A stretch of 64,000 nucleotides of DNA from Nostoc sp. DedSLP01 (GCA_034530875.2 JAVRCJ020000015.1:80744-144743); one strand, 5' to 3'; shown: positions 10,507 to 20,752, numbered from the stretch's first letter. Numbers and translations are program-made. The notes: generated by a model from the sequence alone, not told the origin.

Positions 10507-13488
10507 TTATACTTCTACATCAAGGATACATAAACGATCCTTGATTAATTGTTTGCCTAGATGCATTGGATATGGTGAGAGAATATTACCCATAGACCAA
10601 GCTGGCGAGAACCGTAAATAATGAGGTACTCGACAAAGAGCTTTGAGACTTTCTTCTGTTTTTTGAAAGTCTGGGTGAACGAAGAAGGGAACCATTTCTA
10701 ACATTTGTTGATGTTTGAATGCAATATTGGCACCATACTCATCATTTTGTGAATCAAGCATGTAGAGTTCGCGTGTTATCGAACTATCTTGTGCTTTTTG
10801 TGTTGTTGGTAATCTTCCGATGGAGAAATAATGTAGCAACTCAGGTACAGAAGTATCGTAAAAGCCGCTTAAACGAATTAGATCTCGTGCTGGAGAATTT
10901 TCATCCCAAGTTTGTCTATTGGTGATGTATTGGGTTGTCTCGTCGCCAGTGCGGAAGCGAATTACTGCAAGCAAATTGCTAAGATTTTTATGGTCACGAG
11001 GATATACACAAGCATGGCCTGGAACATGTTGAAAGTCTAAGACATCCCGCTTTGCAAGCAGATATTCATTTTTTAATTGAAACCAAGCTTGACCTTCATT
11101 TTCCTCACCACGCTCATTACGCCATACATCGGCTTCAATTAAAACAAGAGTCGGATGATCCTTTACTTGCGTTAGTACATCCGCCGCAAATTTTGCCAAA
11201 TCTATTCCTTTTAACTGAACTGTTTTAAGATTACTGCGATCGCGGCGTACCTGTGAGAAAATCTGTCCTAGTTCAATACCTGCTTGTGTGTAAGGAATCC
11301 AATTCTGACGATTAGGAAATAATACATCAACAGTACCAGTTGCCCGTAGACGAACAGCTAAGGCATAGTGAATATTATCTTGTCCTTGAGTAGCTTTTCG
11401 GCGACAAAGGGCAATTACATCTAACTTTTGTGCAATTTCTTTGGGTATCGCTGCTTGCTTGTAGACTTCTGAAGGTATTCCATAAAGCGCCCCAATTTGG
11501 CGTAGGGTTACATCTAATACAGCATTGAGAATACGTCCTTCTGTCTTCTTGCTGTAAGATGATGTGTCTGTGCTTTCGTCTTCTTTGTCAGCTGATTTTG
11601 GTTTAACCGTAACCGTTTGCACCATTTGAGAGCTAATTTTTTCTAACACACAAGCTTCACGAACTATTCTATAAATGCTTTGTTTGGGATGAACGCCTTT
11701 CTTTTTACTTTGCCCAATTTCAATAATTGTAAAACAGTAAGGCTTAGTATTAGAGTCAATAGAAGCAATAACTTTCTGCTTCAAAAAGTTACGCCATACA
11801 TCGAGTTTGATTTGATGCTGCTTGCGGATTTGGTTATCAAATTCTTGACCATCTTTAGGTGCAAGTCCGGCTGTGTCAAGAGGTTTCAAAAGATTCGGAT
11901 CGTCAATGCGTATAAATGATATTTTGACATGTTCAGGAAAATTTTCTTTTTCATTTAATAAGAACGCATCACGCAAGCTTGGGTATATCACATCATAAGT
12001 ATTTCGTTCATACCAAAGAATAAAAAGATGCATAGGTTTTCCTTGTAGCGATCGTTCAATCGCATCAGCAATGATCTTTTGTCTTTCTTGACGATGTTCA
12101 TCTATACGTCGCTTAATTTCTTCTTCACTCAACTTTTGTTTTTGTTGTTTTGTGATTGTTAAAGCCTTAGATACGTATTCGTAATCGCGCATTGCCAAAG
12201 GTGTTTTTTGACCAGATGGAGCAGGAATATCACACTGCATTTGAATATCTGGTATTAATACACCATCTAGCAGATTTAATACTTGAGCAATAATATTGCC
12301 CCTTTCTTGTAAACTAAATCCAGTTTTAATGCTATGTCCTCTTTTATGCTTTTCGTGTTTATACTTGTAGCCTTCAGCATGAATTAAATAATATTCATCT
12401 TTTTTCCAGTCTGACTTATTATCTAAATTGCCGTATTGAGAGGGATTTTGAAAAATATTTTCAGTAGTTTCAAGTAGACGCGCTTTAAATGCAGTTAGTA
12501 AATTAGATAACTGGTATTTCCACGGTTGACTATCTTCTTTTCCACTATTTTCAATAGTAAGACGTATAAGTGTTGAATCTATTTCATAACCATTTATACG
12601 TTCCTCATTCATCCCCATTAGTACAGAAATATCACGATTGTAATTAGTTTCAATTAATGGTTCATGAGCATATCTTTGACAACTTAAATGTATAAAAATC
12701 CACGGTTTTAGTTTGCTATTGTTATTAAATCGCCCTGATTGAGTTTGAAGGCGAAAATCTAGACGATAAACAAAGTAACCTTCCCTTTCTTTGTCATTAT
12801 CGTCTATGTATAGCGTCCGAAATGGTTGACTAACTAGGAAAAGTCCTGTACGACCATAACCATCACCTTGTGCTTTTCGCCACTGGATTTCTTGCTCTCT
12901 TGCTCCAGAGTGGATGACACATTTTTTTCCATGCAGTAACGTTGCTATAAAACTGGGAATCGCTTGAAAACTAATTCCTTTTTCGGCATTGATGTCTTGA
13001 ATAAGCTTTTTTGTACTAATAGGTTGCCAATCCCAATTATCGGGAATCATTGCTATGTCTTCGAGAAAGCGATCGCAAACACTCTTCACTTGATCTGCTT
13101 TCCCTTGAGCATAAAATTGCTCTGTCCATTCCTGCGCCCAAATTATCACTAACTCATGTATTTGCTCAGATGTTGGAACTCGCAGTGGATTTTCAATTGT
13201 TCCCACAGCTAAAGCTCGATAATCGCCTTTATTAAAGGATTCAAAACCATGTGTCAATGTTGGTGTACAGGCAAGCAATCCATTGTTTAATTGTCGATAT
13301 GGTATCCAAACCTTTTTTTTGCGATTAGGTGAAAGAACCTCTTCCATTTTGTTGCTAAAATTAGCAACAATTTCTGCAAATGGAAATTCAAGTAACACAA
13401 TTTCTAAATCTCTAAGAGCGTCTTCTGCAAGATCCATTCTGGCAGGTAAGAGAATAGTAGATTGCACGTCTTTTTTAACCATCGTCAA
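10507..13488 (-). CDS. pPIWI-RE family PIWI protein (N-terminal domain, MID, RNase H-like PIWI)
   Basis: 993 aa; MID-like HPKQSIYRIVREAC..ISSQMV and RILNAVLDVTLRQIG, C-terminal PYPMHLGKQL; third gene after a REase and a DinG-like helicase, the canonical pPIWI-RE order. Confidence 0.85.
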   Translation of the reverse strand: MTMVKKDVQSTILLPARMDLAEDALRDLEIVLLEFPFAEIVANFSNKMEEVLSPNRKKKVWIPYRQLNNGLLACTPTLTHGFESFNKGDYRALAVGTIENPLRVPTSEQIHELVIIWAQEWTEQFYAQGKADQVKSVCDRFLEDIAMIPDNWDWQPISTKKLIQDINAEKGISFQAIPSFIATLLHGKKCVIHSGAREQEIQWRKAQGDGYGRTGLFLVSQPFRTLYIDDNDKEREGYFVYRLDFRLQTQSGRFNNNSKLKPWIFIHLSCQRYAHEPLIETNYNRDISVLMGMNEERINGYEIDSTLIRLTIENSGKEDSQPWKYQLSNLLTAFKARLLETTENIFQNPSQYGNLDNKSDWKKDEYYLIHAEGYKYKHEKHKRGHSIKTGFSLQERGNIIAQVLNLLDGVLIPDIQMQCDIPAPSGQKTPLAMRDYEYVSKALTITKQQKQKLSEEEIKRRIDEHRQERQKIIADAIERSLQGKPMHLFILWYERNTYDVIYPSLRDAFLLNEKENFPEHVKISFIRIDDPNLLKPLDTAGLAPKDGQEFDNQIRKQHQIKLDVWRNFLKQKVIASIDSNTKPYCFTIIEIGQSKKKGVHPKQSIYRIVREACVLEKISSQMVQTVTVKPKSADKEDESTDTSSYSKKTEGRILNAVLDVTLRQIGALYGIPSEVYKQAAIPKEIAQKLDVIALCRRKATQGQDNIHYALAVRLRATGTVDVLFPNRQNWIPYTQAGIELGQIFSQVRRDRSNLKTVQLKGIDLAKFAADVLTQVKDHPTLVLIEADVWRNERGEENEGQAWFQLKNEYLLAKRDVLDFQHVPGHACVYPRDHKNLSNLLAVIRFRTGDETTQYITNRQTWDENSPARDLIRLSGFYDTSVPELLHYFSIGRLPTTQKAQDSSITRELYMLDSQNDEYGANIAFKHQQMLEMVPFFVHPDFQKTEESLKALCRVPHYLRFSPAWSMGNILSPYPMHLGKQLIKDRLCILDVEV

Positions 13489-13506
13489 TTCCTTTAAACA
13501 AAAAAG

Positions 13507-16500
13507 TTACCAATACAAACCGTCGATATTTTCTAGTGCATCGGCTAGAGGTTTGTAAAGCGCATTTCCGACTGTGTTTTCCTCGCTGGCGTAATCGCAA
13601 ATTCTTAAAAGCATGGCAACCAAAAGGCTTGTTTCCTCTGTGTCAACTTCAGAAAGTTCTGGATTAGCTTTCCTCGCAGCACTTATGGGCGCCCAAGCTG
13701 CATCGACAAAATAACCGTGAAATGGTACACCTCCACGCAAAAGACGACCAACAGCTTGAATAACTAACCCAGCAGTAGTTGCAGCGAGGTCAAATCGGGG
13801 AGAAGCTAATAATTCCTCATTATTACGTAGAGTTTTGTAATAAGAACGTTGCTCAACCGATCGCCAGTAACGCGCTGCTAATTGACGCACCTTCTCTGCA
13901 CGTTGTACAATACCATCCCCCTGTTGCCATGCGATAAAGTCTGCTTTATCCGCCCAGTCTAAAGCGCGACGGTTCATTTCTTGGGCGATCGCTTGTGTAT
14001 CATGTGGATGTGGATATGGACGAGTCAAAAAGTAAACTGCACCAAATGCAGCTTTACCATTTGCATTCAAAATATTAAAGCCCCGCCCGATGGCATTCAT
14101 CGGAGCAACAAGAATTTTTCCTTGAATTTGCCCAAAAGTTTCAATATCTGCACGATTGAGCGCACCTTTATCAGTTAATTTGGTAAATCTTTCTACTTCA
14201 TCAAAGTCATTTTCGGTATATGTCTCTATATTGTCAGGAACTAAGTGATAAATAAAGTCCTGCATACTTGACCAGCAATTACGAATTTCATTTGCTGCCC
14301 AACGAGCTTGATCGTAAGAGTTTACAAGTAACAAAAGGCGATCGCGATCGCTCCACTGGTTATTTAAATCATTTTCGCCAAGGCGCTTTAATTCCTTGAG
14401 TTCTTGCCCTAAATGACCAGTACCGCTACTACCAACAAGCGATCGCGCTATTTCTTGAAATAATCCCATTTTTTGGCGTTCGGGGCTACCAGAAATCCGG
14501 AGGGGTTTGTTCTTTTGGGTGATTTGCGGCAGAAATTTAAAGGAACTTTGAGCGATCGCTTCTCTCGCCTCTGGTTCTGGCATTAACACACCCTGCGGCT
14601 TACCAACGTGAAAACTGGTAGAATCTGGTAAGTAAGATGTTCCAGAAAGTGCTAGCACATTGGGGCCACGTTGACCGTTAAAATCTGTTAATAAACGATG
14701 AAAGTTTAAAATATAGCAGCGTCCAATATTGGTGTAGGCGAACAATGTCAGGGCATTATTGTTGGCATTTTTGTCGTCATTATTTTCTCTAGAGTAATAA
14801 GTGCCGAACTGCCGTCCCGTAGGAGGCAATGGCAAAATATTTAACATTGCAGCAGGCATTCGCTGATGAGGTGAATCATCATTGATTGATGTTGGTCGAT
14901 TTTGCCATTCATAGAAGACAATTCGAGTATGTCGATCTAATAAAGCGATCGTCAGGGCAAATTGTAGACGATAAGCCAAGGTTTCAAGAGTGTCTACTGG
15001 GTCTTGCTCATCTTTGTTGTAAGTTGATTGTGGCGAACTTTGATTACGATTCTCTAGTTCTGCTCGTAGTCGCGCCAAACGCCGTTCTGTATTTCGGAAA
15101 AATTGGATAATCCAGGCTCTACAAGCCAGGTAGATATTAGCATCTGAAGCACTTTCTCCAGTACTGTTAATTTCTTGCATCAGACGCGCCAGGCGAAAGA
15201 CTGGATCTCGGTTTGGGTTAGCTGGAGGCTGCATCCGTAAAGGATCATCGTCGTTGAGTAGTGCATCAAAACAGCGCACAATTGGCTTTATCAGCCGCGC
15301 ATTTGCTTTTGAAACTGCCTCAGCTGTCTGTGAAGGTTCAAATTCTTCCAATCCAGCAAGACGACGCGCAAATTTGTACAGCAGCGAGTTAGGGGTAAAG
15401 TAACCTCGTTTCACCCATTTTCGGAGAAATTGATGTCCAACCTGTTTATCTAATAGAGTCAATATTGCTGTAATAGCTTTTTGTGCATCACGTTGTGCGC
15501 CCGTCCATCGCTGTGTTGTTGGAGGCATAACCCTGTTAGTTATGGAAAATTGCTCTGTTTTCACGCCAATATCATCAAAAACGCCGTTATTACCACCGTC
15601 AGTCAAAACAACTTCTTCAGCGTAGGTATCATCAAACCACTTGATAACTGTCTCTACTTCATCAAAGACCACAAAATCTGATTGTTCGTTGACGAGTTCA
15701 CCGATTTTGAGCGGACGTAACTCTAAATGACGCGGTAATCCCGCCATTGCCATTGCACCGGGAGTTGTAATCCAAATACGGGCATTTGGCATATCTCGAT
15801 AAACTTGTTGGGATGGGCATTTATCAAAGAAGGGACACAAATAAAATGAACCCCGGCCTTTACGTCGCTTTTTGCGATCGCTTTTAGGCATTTCTTGGAG
15901 AGAATGACAAGGTTCAGTTCCCGGTATCAGTGGTTTGCCGTCTAAAAGTTGAATAAAATCACGCGCTTTTAGCTGACCTTGGAGAGGACAAGCTGTGCCT
16001 AACCAACGTTCACCCCAGTGGGGCTGACCGCGTTGTTGATGTTCCTGATAATCTTTTGAGGCAGAGAAACTTTGAAGATGTGCATCGCGTTTACTGCGTC
16101 CCAAGATTGGCACCGCTACCGGATCATCATTTTCTGGATCGTTACAAAACCACCAGTTAATTTGGTTGGCTAGTTTAATCGCTGATTGCACATCACTAAC
16201 AACTAACGTGATGCGGCGATCGCAATCATGCCGCAAAATGTTAACACTCAACAACTGCGAAACCGTGGTTTTTCCAGAAGCAACCATGCCTGCAATGTTG
16301 GTAAAGCCATCTAACTCAAGAATTTGCTCTTGTTGCAAAAACAGTGTTCCGTCTTCGTCAACTCTGTGAAAGTTAATTTTGCCAAAGCGAGCAACCCAAT
16401 GTCCTTTGGCAGTTTCATCCCAACCATATTGTTGTGCTAATGCTGACTCTCGCCGATCGATCCATGCTGCATCTTGCTCTAAATCTGAAATGCGAAGTGA

Positions 16501-17121
16501 AAACGAACTACGAGAAACAGGTGTGGTAAACCAAGGTGAACGCTGTACCTGTGCATTTTGTATCTGCTGCTGCTTAAATCTGACTGGTACTATAACTGTC
16601 TGTTCTCCTGTCTTGGCCTCAAACTGATAAGTGGTTTCGGCTTCTACTTGTTGAACTTTGCGAAGCCGGAAAATTAAATTAGCTGTTAGGCATCTTTCGT
16701 ACACATCTTGATTAGCTAAATGCCGGAGATTTTTGGCAGCATTAATAATATATTTCTCCCAGTTTTGCGGAGTGAAGTCGCCATAGTTACGCCGATCTAA
16801 CGGTATATCTAGGTAAACACGCAGTGCGTTTAACCAAGCAAAACGAGCAGAAAATGGAACTATTTGGCGAGTATTAGCGATCGCTCGACGTTCCATCTGG
16901 TTCAAGTTCTGTAAACGTGGATGTCTCAAAGGCATTCCACTCAAAATTGCCCAAGGTGCGGTAACTGGCTCATCATCAAGTTGCAAATATTCCATCAAAG
17001 CAAAGGCAAGCTCTATCTGAAGCAACAATTCAGCTTGAGTACGCTTCAAACCTGCTTCCTTCAACTGTTCGAGACGCTCTTGAAACTCTCTTGGTGGGTC
17101 AAATAAAGTCATCTGGCTCAT
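13507..17121 (-). CDS. pPIWI-RE-associated DinG-like SF2 helicase
   Basis: Walker A GMVASGKTT, Walker B VVFDEVE, motif III LSGTS, GRGFNI, motif VI QAVGRLLRG; Cys cluster between motifs I and II. Confidence 0.88.
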   Translation of the reverse strand: MSQMTLFDPPREFQERLEQLKEAGLKRTQAELLLQIELAFALMEYLQLDDEPVTAPWAILSGMPLRHPRLQNLNQMERRAIANTRQIVPFSARFAWLNALRVYLDIPLDRRNYGDFTPQNWEKYIINAAKNLRHLANQDVYERCLTANLIFRLRKVQQVEAETTYQFEAKTGEQTVIVPVRFKQQQIQNAQVQRSPWFTTPVSRSSFSLRISDLEQDAAWIDRRESALAQQYGWDETAKGHWVARFGKINFHRVDEDGTLFLQQEQILELDGFTNIAGMVASGKTTVSQLLSVNILRHDCDRRITLVVSDVQSAIKLANQINWWFCNDPENDDPVAVPILGRSKRDAHLQSFSASKDYQEHQQRGQPHWGERWLGTACPLQGQLKARDFIQLLDGKPLIPGTEPCHSLQEMPKSDRKKRRKGRGSFYLCPFFDKCPSQQVYRDMPNARIWITTPGAMAMAGLPRHLELRPLKIGELVNEQSDFVVFDEVETVIKWFDDTYAEEVVLTDGGNNGVFDDIGVKTEQFSITNRVMPPTTQRWTGAQRDAQKAITAILTLLDKQVGHQFLRKWVKRGYFTPNSLLYKFARRLAGLEEFEPSQTAEAVSKANARLIKPIVRCFDALLNDDDPLRMQPPANPNRDPVFRLARLMQEINSTGESASDANIYLACRAWIIQFFRNTERRLARLRAELENRNQSSPQSTYNKDEQDPVDTLETLAYRLQFALTIALLDRHTRIVFYEWQNRPTSINDDSPHQRMPAAMLNILPLPPTGRQFGTYYSRENNDDKNANNNALTLFAYTNIGRCYILNFHRLLTDFNGQRGPNVLALSGTSYLPDSTSFHVGKPQGVLMPEPEAREAIAQSSFKFLPQITQKNKPLRISGSPERQKMGLFQEIARSLVGSSGTGHLGQELKELKRLGENDLNNQWSDRDRLLLLVNSYDQARWAANEIRNCWSSMQDFIYHLVPDNIETYTENDFDEVERFTKLTDKGALNRADIETFGQIQGKILVAPMNAIGRGFNILNANGKAAFGAVYFLTRPYPHPHDTQAIAQEMNRRALDWADKADFIAWQQGDGIVQRAEKVRQLAARYWRSVEQRSYYKTLRNNEELLASPRFDLAATTAGLVIQAVGRLLRGGVPFHGYFVDAAWAPISAARKANPELSEVDTEETSLLVAMLLRICDYASEENTVGNALYKPLADALENIDGLYW

Positions 17122-17123
17122 GG

Positions 17124-18332
17124 CTATTTTCCTTGCTTCAAAGACTCAATCTTATTGATAACCCGCTGCTCAAATGCAGTATCACTCACAAGATGTGTAC
17201 TATTAGGCAGCTTTTTTGCCTGTTCGCGGAGAATTTCGATATAGTCCTCTCGTTGTTGTAGGCGCTCATCAGGAATGACATAAAAGCTTTCGTTATAACG
17301 CAGGTTGCCCTCACTAAATAGAGGTGTCAGCTTTGGTGCTAATTTGTAGGGATTGTGGTAATCTTTAACATCCACAGCCCAGGTTGATTTGTCACAGAAG
17401 CATAGCTGTAAGTCATAACGATCAATGCCGGGGTAAATATGGATACTACAAATTTGTTCTGGATATTGCTTTTGTAGTTCTTCCAAAGTATGAAATAAGC
17501 GCATTTCGGGTATACCTGGTAAACAAACACGTAAGTGAATGCCTAGCTTCAGACGACGCAGGCCATGTTGCCAAGTAATTTTTTTAACATAGAGTAAATC
17601 TTGACGATGGTCGTTGCAAGCACTGGGTTTAACACCACGTAACTTGCCATATTTTTTAAATAAAGGGCCGCAGCGATCGCAATTCCAGCAAACCTCGTCT
17701 TGTTCGCACTCTTCGTAAAGTTCACCAACTTCTTCGATGTGAATATATCGTGTCTTGAAAAATACCTTGCGAAGCTGCGCCGTAGTTGTGTACGGTTTCT
17801 CAATCAAAAATCGACGCAATAAAACATATTCCCTTTGAATCCGCTCAGGCTGGCTATCGTTGTTGTAGAGTTCTTGCAAACTTTCTAAAATTTTCTTAAA
17901 AGAAAAATTCTCTATTGCCATCTGCTTAGTTGCAGCAGTGGCAAACTCAGGTATTTTGCCTTGTTCAAGCAGTTCCTCATATAAGTATCGGCTTGCTTCT
18001 TCGCTTAACCCCCCTTCATAGAGCAAACCAAAATCTGAATCAAACTCTTTTGGTAATAAATGCTGTGGATACCAAGATTTCACGGGTTTTTCGAGTAACG
18101 CTAAAAGACCTGTTAAAGTACGCGGATAATTTACAGCCGTTACCTCTAGAGCTAGTTTATTCAGAGCATGGCAAAGCAGTTGCGGATATGGATACTTGCC
18201 GTTTCGACGGACAAACTCTGCTAAACCAAGGATGAGGCTATTAAATTCATTATTTTTCATGAGAAGTAATCCTTCATTCAAAGGATTTTTTACAACACGA
18301 TTTTTCATTTGTGATACATTTGTTTCATCCAC
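17124..18332 (-). CDS. pPIWI-RE-associated restriction-endonuclease-fold protein with Zn ribbon
   Basis: CDRCG...C Zn-ribbon and C-terminal PGIDRYDL...WAVDVKD PD-(D/E)xK core; start may be the internal ATG at 18260 (MKNNEF). Confidence 0.85.
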   Translation of the reverse strand: MDETNVSQMKNRVVKNPLNEGLLLMKNNEFNSLILGLAEFVRRNGKYPYPQLLCHALNKLALEVTAVNYPRTLTGLLALLEKPVKSWYPQHLLPKEFDSDFGLLYEGGLSEEASRYLYEELLEQGKIPEFATAATKQMAIENFSFKKILESLQELYNNDSQPERIQREYVLLRRFLIEKPYTTTAQLRKVFFKTRYIHIEEVGELYEECEQDEVCWNCDRCGPLFKKYGKLRGVKPSACNDHRQDLLYVKKITWQHGLRRLKLGIHLRVCLPGIPEMRLFHTLEELQKQYPEQICSIHIYPGIDRYDLQLCFCDKSTWAVDVKDYHNPYKLAPKLTPLFSEGNLRYNESFYVIPDERLQQREDYIEILREQAKKLPNSTHLVSDTAFEQRVINKIESLKQGK

Positions 18333-18400
18333 CTTACAGGATTATTTATTTTGTGTCAACTAAGACGCTATTGATTTTTTTGTGAGACAGAGGCAAAGGA
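18301..18400. promoter_or_regulatory. Divergent promoter region with repeated TGTNTCA/TGANACA half-sites (candidate XRE operator)
   Basis: TGATACA 18312-18318, TGTTTCA 18321-18327, TGTGTCA 18352-18358, TGAGACA 18383-18389 between the REase and HTH genes. Confidence 0.45.
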
Positions 18401-18766
18401 ATGGAAAGTTATCTAGATATCGAACGATTAGCAAGTCTAGTCCGCAAAAAGCGCGGTAGCAGAGGATTGCGGGAAACGTCAGTGGAAATTGGTAATGTTA
18501 GTCCATCCACTCTTTCAAGGGTAGAGAGCGGTAAAATGCCGGATATGGAAACTTTTCTAGCACTTTGTAACTGGCTACAAGTACCACCTGCTGAGTTATT
18601 TAGAACTGCACAAGAAAATCAACTGGATACACCAGAAGCGATCGCCATTCAACTACGCGCTGACAAAAAGCTTGATCCTGCGATCGCTAATGCTTTAGCA
18701 TCCTTAGTCAAAGCAGCATATCGTGACTTATCACAAAATGATGGCGAATTGAAGCAAGATCCCTAA
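18401..18766 (+). CDS. XRE-family HTH transcriptional regulator
   Basis: LRETSVEIGNVSPSTLSRVESGKMPDMETFLALCNWL HTH_3 signature. Confidence 0.92.
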   Translation: MESYLDIERLASLVRKKRGSRGLRETSVEIGNVSPSTLSRVESGKMPDMETFLALCNWLQVPPAELFRTAQENQLDTPEAIAIQLRADKKLDPAIANALASLVKAAYRDLSQNDGELKQDP

Positions 18767-18770
18767 AGAT

Positions 18771-19316
18771 ATGTCACTAATTGAAAGTTTATCGCCTGAA
18801 TTTAGGCAACGCTGTGAGGCGATCGCAACTGAACAACGAAGCCTGCTTGGAGTGCAGGCGTTTGAAGCGTTACCCGCAAACACTTTGGCAGCCAAGTTAG
18901 GAGCAACACTGCTAACACCCGATCAAATTCAAAATTTCGAGCCAGACCAAGTAGCGTTATTACTTGCTAGCGATGGGTGGTCAGCAGGCATTATACGCCA
19001 TAACCCACTGTGGATCGTATACAATCCCCGTCATGCACCTACACGATATGAATCAAATGTAATGCATGAAATAGCTCATGTGTTGCTCAATCATCAGTCT
19101 GTTGGCTTTGATCCTGTAACCGGATTACCAAAACGTAAACAGCACAACGAAGATCAAGCAACTTTTCTTGGAGGATGTCTTCAAATTCCTAAACGTGGTT
19201 TACTATGGGCGACACAACGAAAGATGTTGTTACCTCAAATTGCAGCACATTTTGGTGCTAGTGAAGCGATGGTGTTGTTTCGCAGCAATGTAACAAATGT
19301 CTCTGTCAAATGCTAA
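18771..19316 (+). CDS. ImmA/IrrE-family zinc metallopeptidase
   Basis: R..SNVMHEIAH (HEXXH), EDQA third ligand, C-terminal IAAHFGAS HTH-like segment; 4 bp after the HTH gene. Confidence 0.9.
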   Translation: MSLIESLSPEFRQRCEAIATEQRSLLGVQAFEALPANTLAAKLGATLLTPDQIQNFEPDQVALLLASDGWSAGIIRHNPLWIVYNPRHAPTRYESNVMHEIAHVLLNHQSVGFDPVTGLPKRKQHNEDQATFLGGCLQIPKRGLLWATQRKMLLPQIAAHFGASEAMVLFRSNVTNVSVKC

Positions 19317-19360
19317 TGTTTCCAAATATCTGCATCTATCTATAGGAATCATATTTGATA

Positions 19361-20446
19361 TCAATTCCGGTTGCACCGGAATGATAAAGCCTTTGTTTTA
19401 GGCCACCAGTGAAAACATGCGAACGCTTGAATTAGAGACGGCTGTTTGAGAAGAATTTGACAGCGTTGGAACAGCACTTGTTCTAGCTCATCAAGATTTT
19501 TAAATGAACGATTGGCTATTGGTTCATTAACTAGAGGCCACAGACGCTCGGCAGGCTGTAATTCAGGAGAGTGAGAAGGTATAAATTCCAGATGTAAGCC
19601 GAATGGTATTTTGACTTGTTCGCTGGTATGCCAACCAGCTTGGTCTATAGTCAAAATAATGTGTTTATCTTTACCAACTGCAAATTCTCTAGCAAAGTCT
19701 GCTAAAACTTGATTAAAAAGCTCAATGTTTACTTTTGGCAGAATCCAAAAATAAGTTTCCCCAGTTTGTGGATGTACAAAACCATACAGCCATAACCATT
19801 GATAGCGCCAGTGGACGTTGGCAATTGGTTGCTCTGCACGGGCTACCCAAACCCGTCGAATTATCGGCTTTAGTCCAAGACGATGTTCGTCCATTCCCCA
19901 AACTTCTACTGTTGCTTGTGGGTATTCTCGTCTAATTTGTTGCACTTGTTGATTGAGTTTTTTTTCCAGGCTTGTTGAACATCTGGGTCGGCTAAATCGT
20001 GTTCTGGGCGGGGCACTCGCAAGGGAAATTCAAGTGAGCGTAGGTAGTCCCAACCTCGCTGTATACTCACCGGGCGCTCAAGAAGATTACTCATCCAATC
20101 TGCAACCTTACGACTATTCCACAATCCTCCATCTGCGGGTGGAGTTTGTAATGGGGAGCAACAACTGTGCTTGCTCTATTTCCGTCAGCATTGGTTTGCC
20201 GCCTGGATGTTCATGACGCAAGTCTTTCATGCCATCAATGCCCAATTCATTGTAACGACGAACCAAACGATATATCGAGTTACGGCACTAACCTGTGACT
20301 GCTGCTACATCTTCTGTTTGTCTTCCTTGAGCCAGCAACCAAATAATTTGGTAACGTGTCCGTTCTATTGGGTCAGATGCTTGACGGTAAAAGTGAAACA
20401 ATTCTTTTACACTTTGGTGAGCTTCTAAATTTAAGCGTTTAGGCAT
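19361..20446 (-). pseudogene. IS630 transposase pseudogene
   Basis: Starts MPKRLNLE at 20446; in-frame TAG at 20288-20290, frameshift near 20152, and an A8 run (WKK) near 19960 joining the HTH and DDE halves. Confidence 0.85.
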
Positions 20447-20512
20447 AAATTCTCACTTTGCACCCTTGAGACTCCCAAAGCGATCGTATCATTCCGACGC
20501 AGACGGAATCGA
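19361..20512 (-). mobile_element. IS630-family insertion sequence, decayed
   Basis: Imperfect TIRs TCAATTCCGGTTGCACCGGAATGATA and TATCATTCCGACGCAGACGGAATCGA, TA on both sides; DDE motifs MDEHR, DQAGWH, SPELQPAE. Confidence 0.9.
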
Positions 20513-20530
20513 TATTACAGATTTCTAAGC

Positions 20531-20752
20531 TTAACTTTTTCGCTTTTGTTCCAACTTCTTAAGGTGTTCTTGCATTGCTACTTCCATAATGGTGAGGTTC
20601 TCAGGTGTGTCTGGAATAGGGTATAAATCAGTATCTTCAGAACTCGCTTCTAAGCGATCGGCAAGTTTGTAAAATGCTTCGTCATCATTTCGATGTAACA
20701 GAACATAAGCTCGCAGTTGGGCAATGCTCATAGTGTGAAAATCCGGTTTCAT
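20531..20752 (-). CDS. Small DUF6887-like protein (cyanobacterial TA-like family)
   Basis: MKPDFHTMSIAQLRAYVL..R.DDEAF pattern recalled for this family. Confidence 0.7.
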   Translation of the reverse strand: MKPDFHTMSIAQLRAYVLLHRNDDEAFYKLADRLEASSEDTDLYPIPDTPENLTIMEVAMQEHLKKLEQKRKS

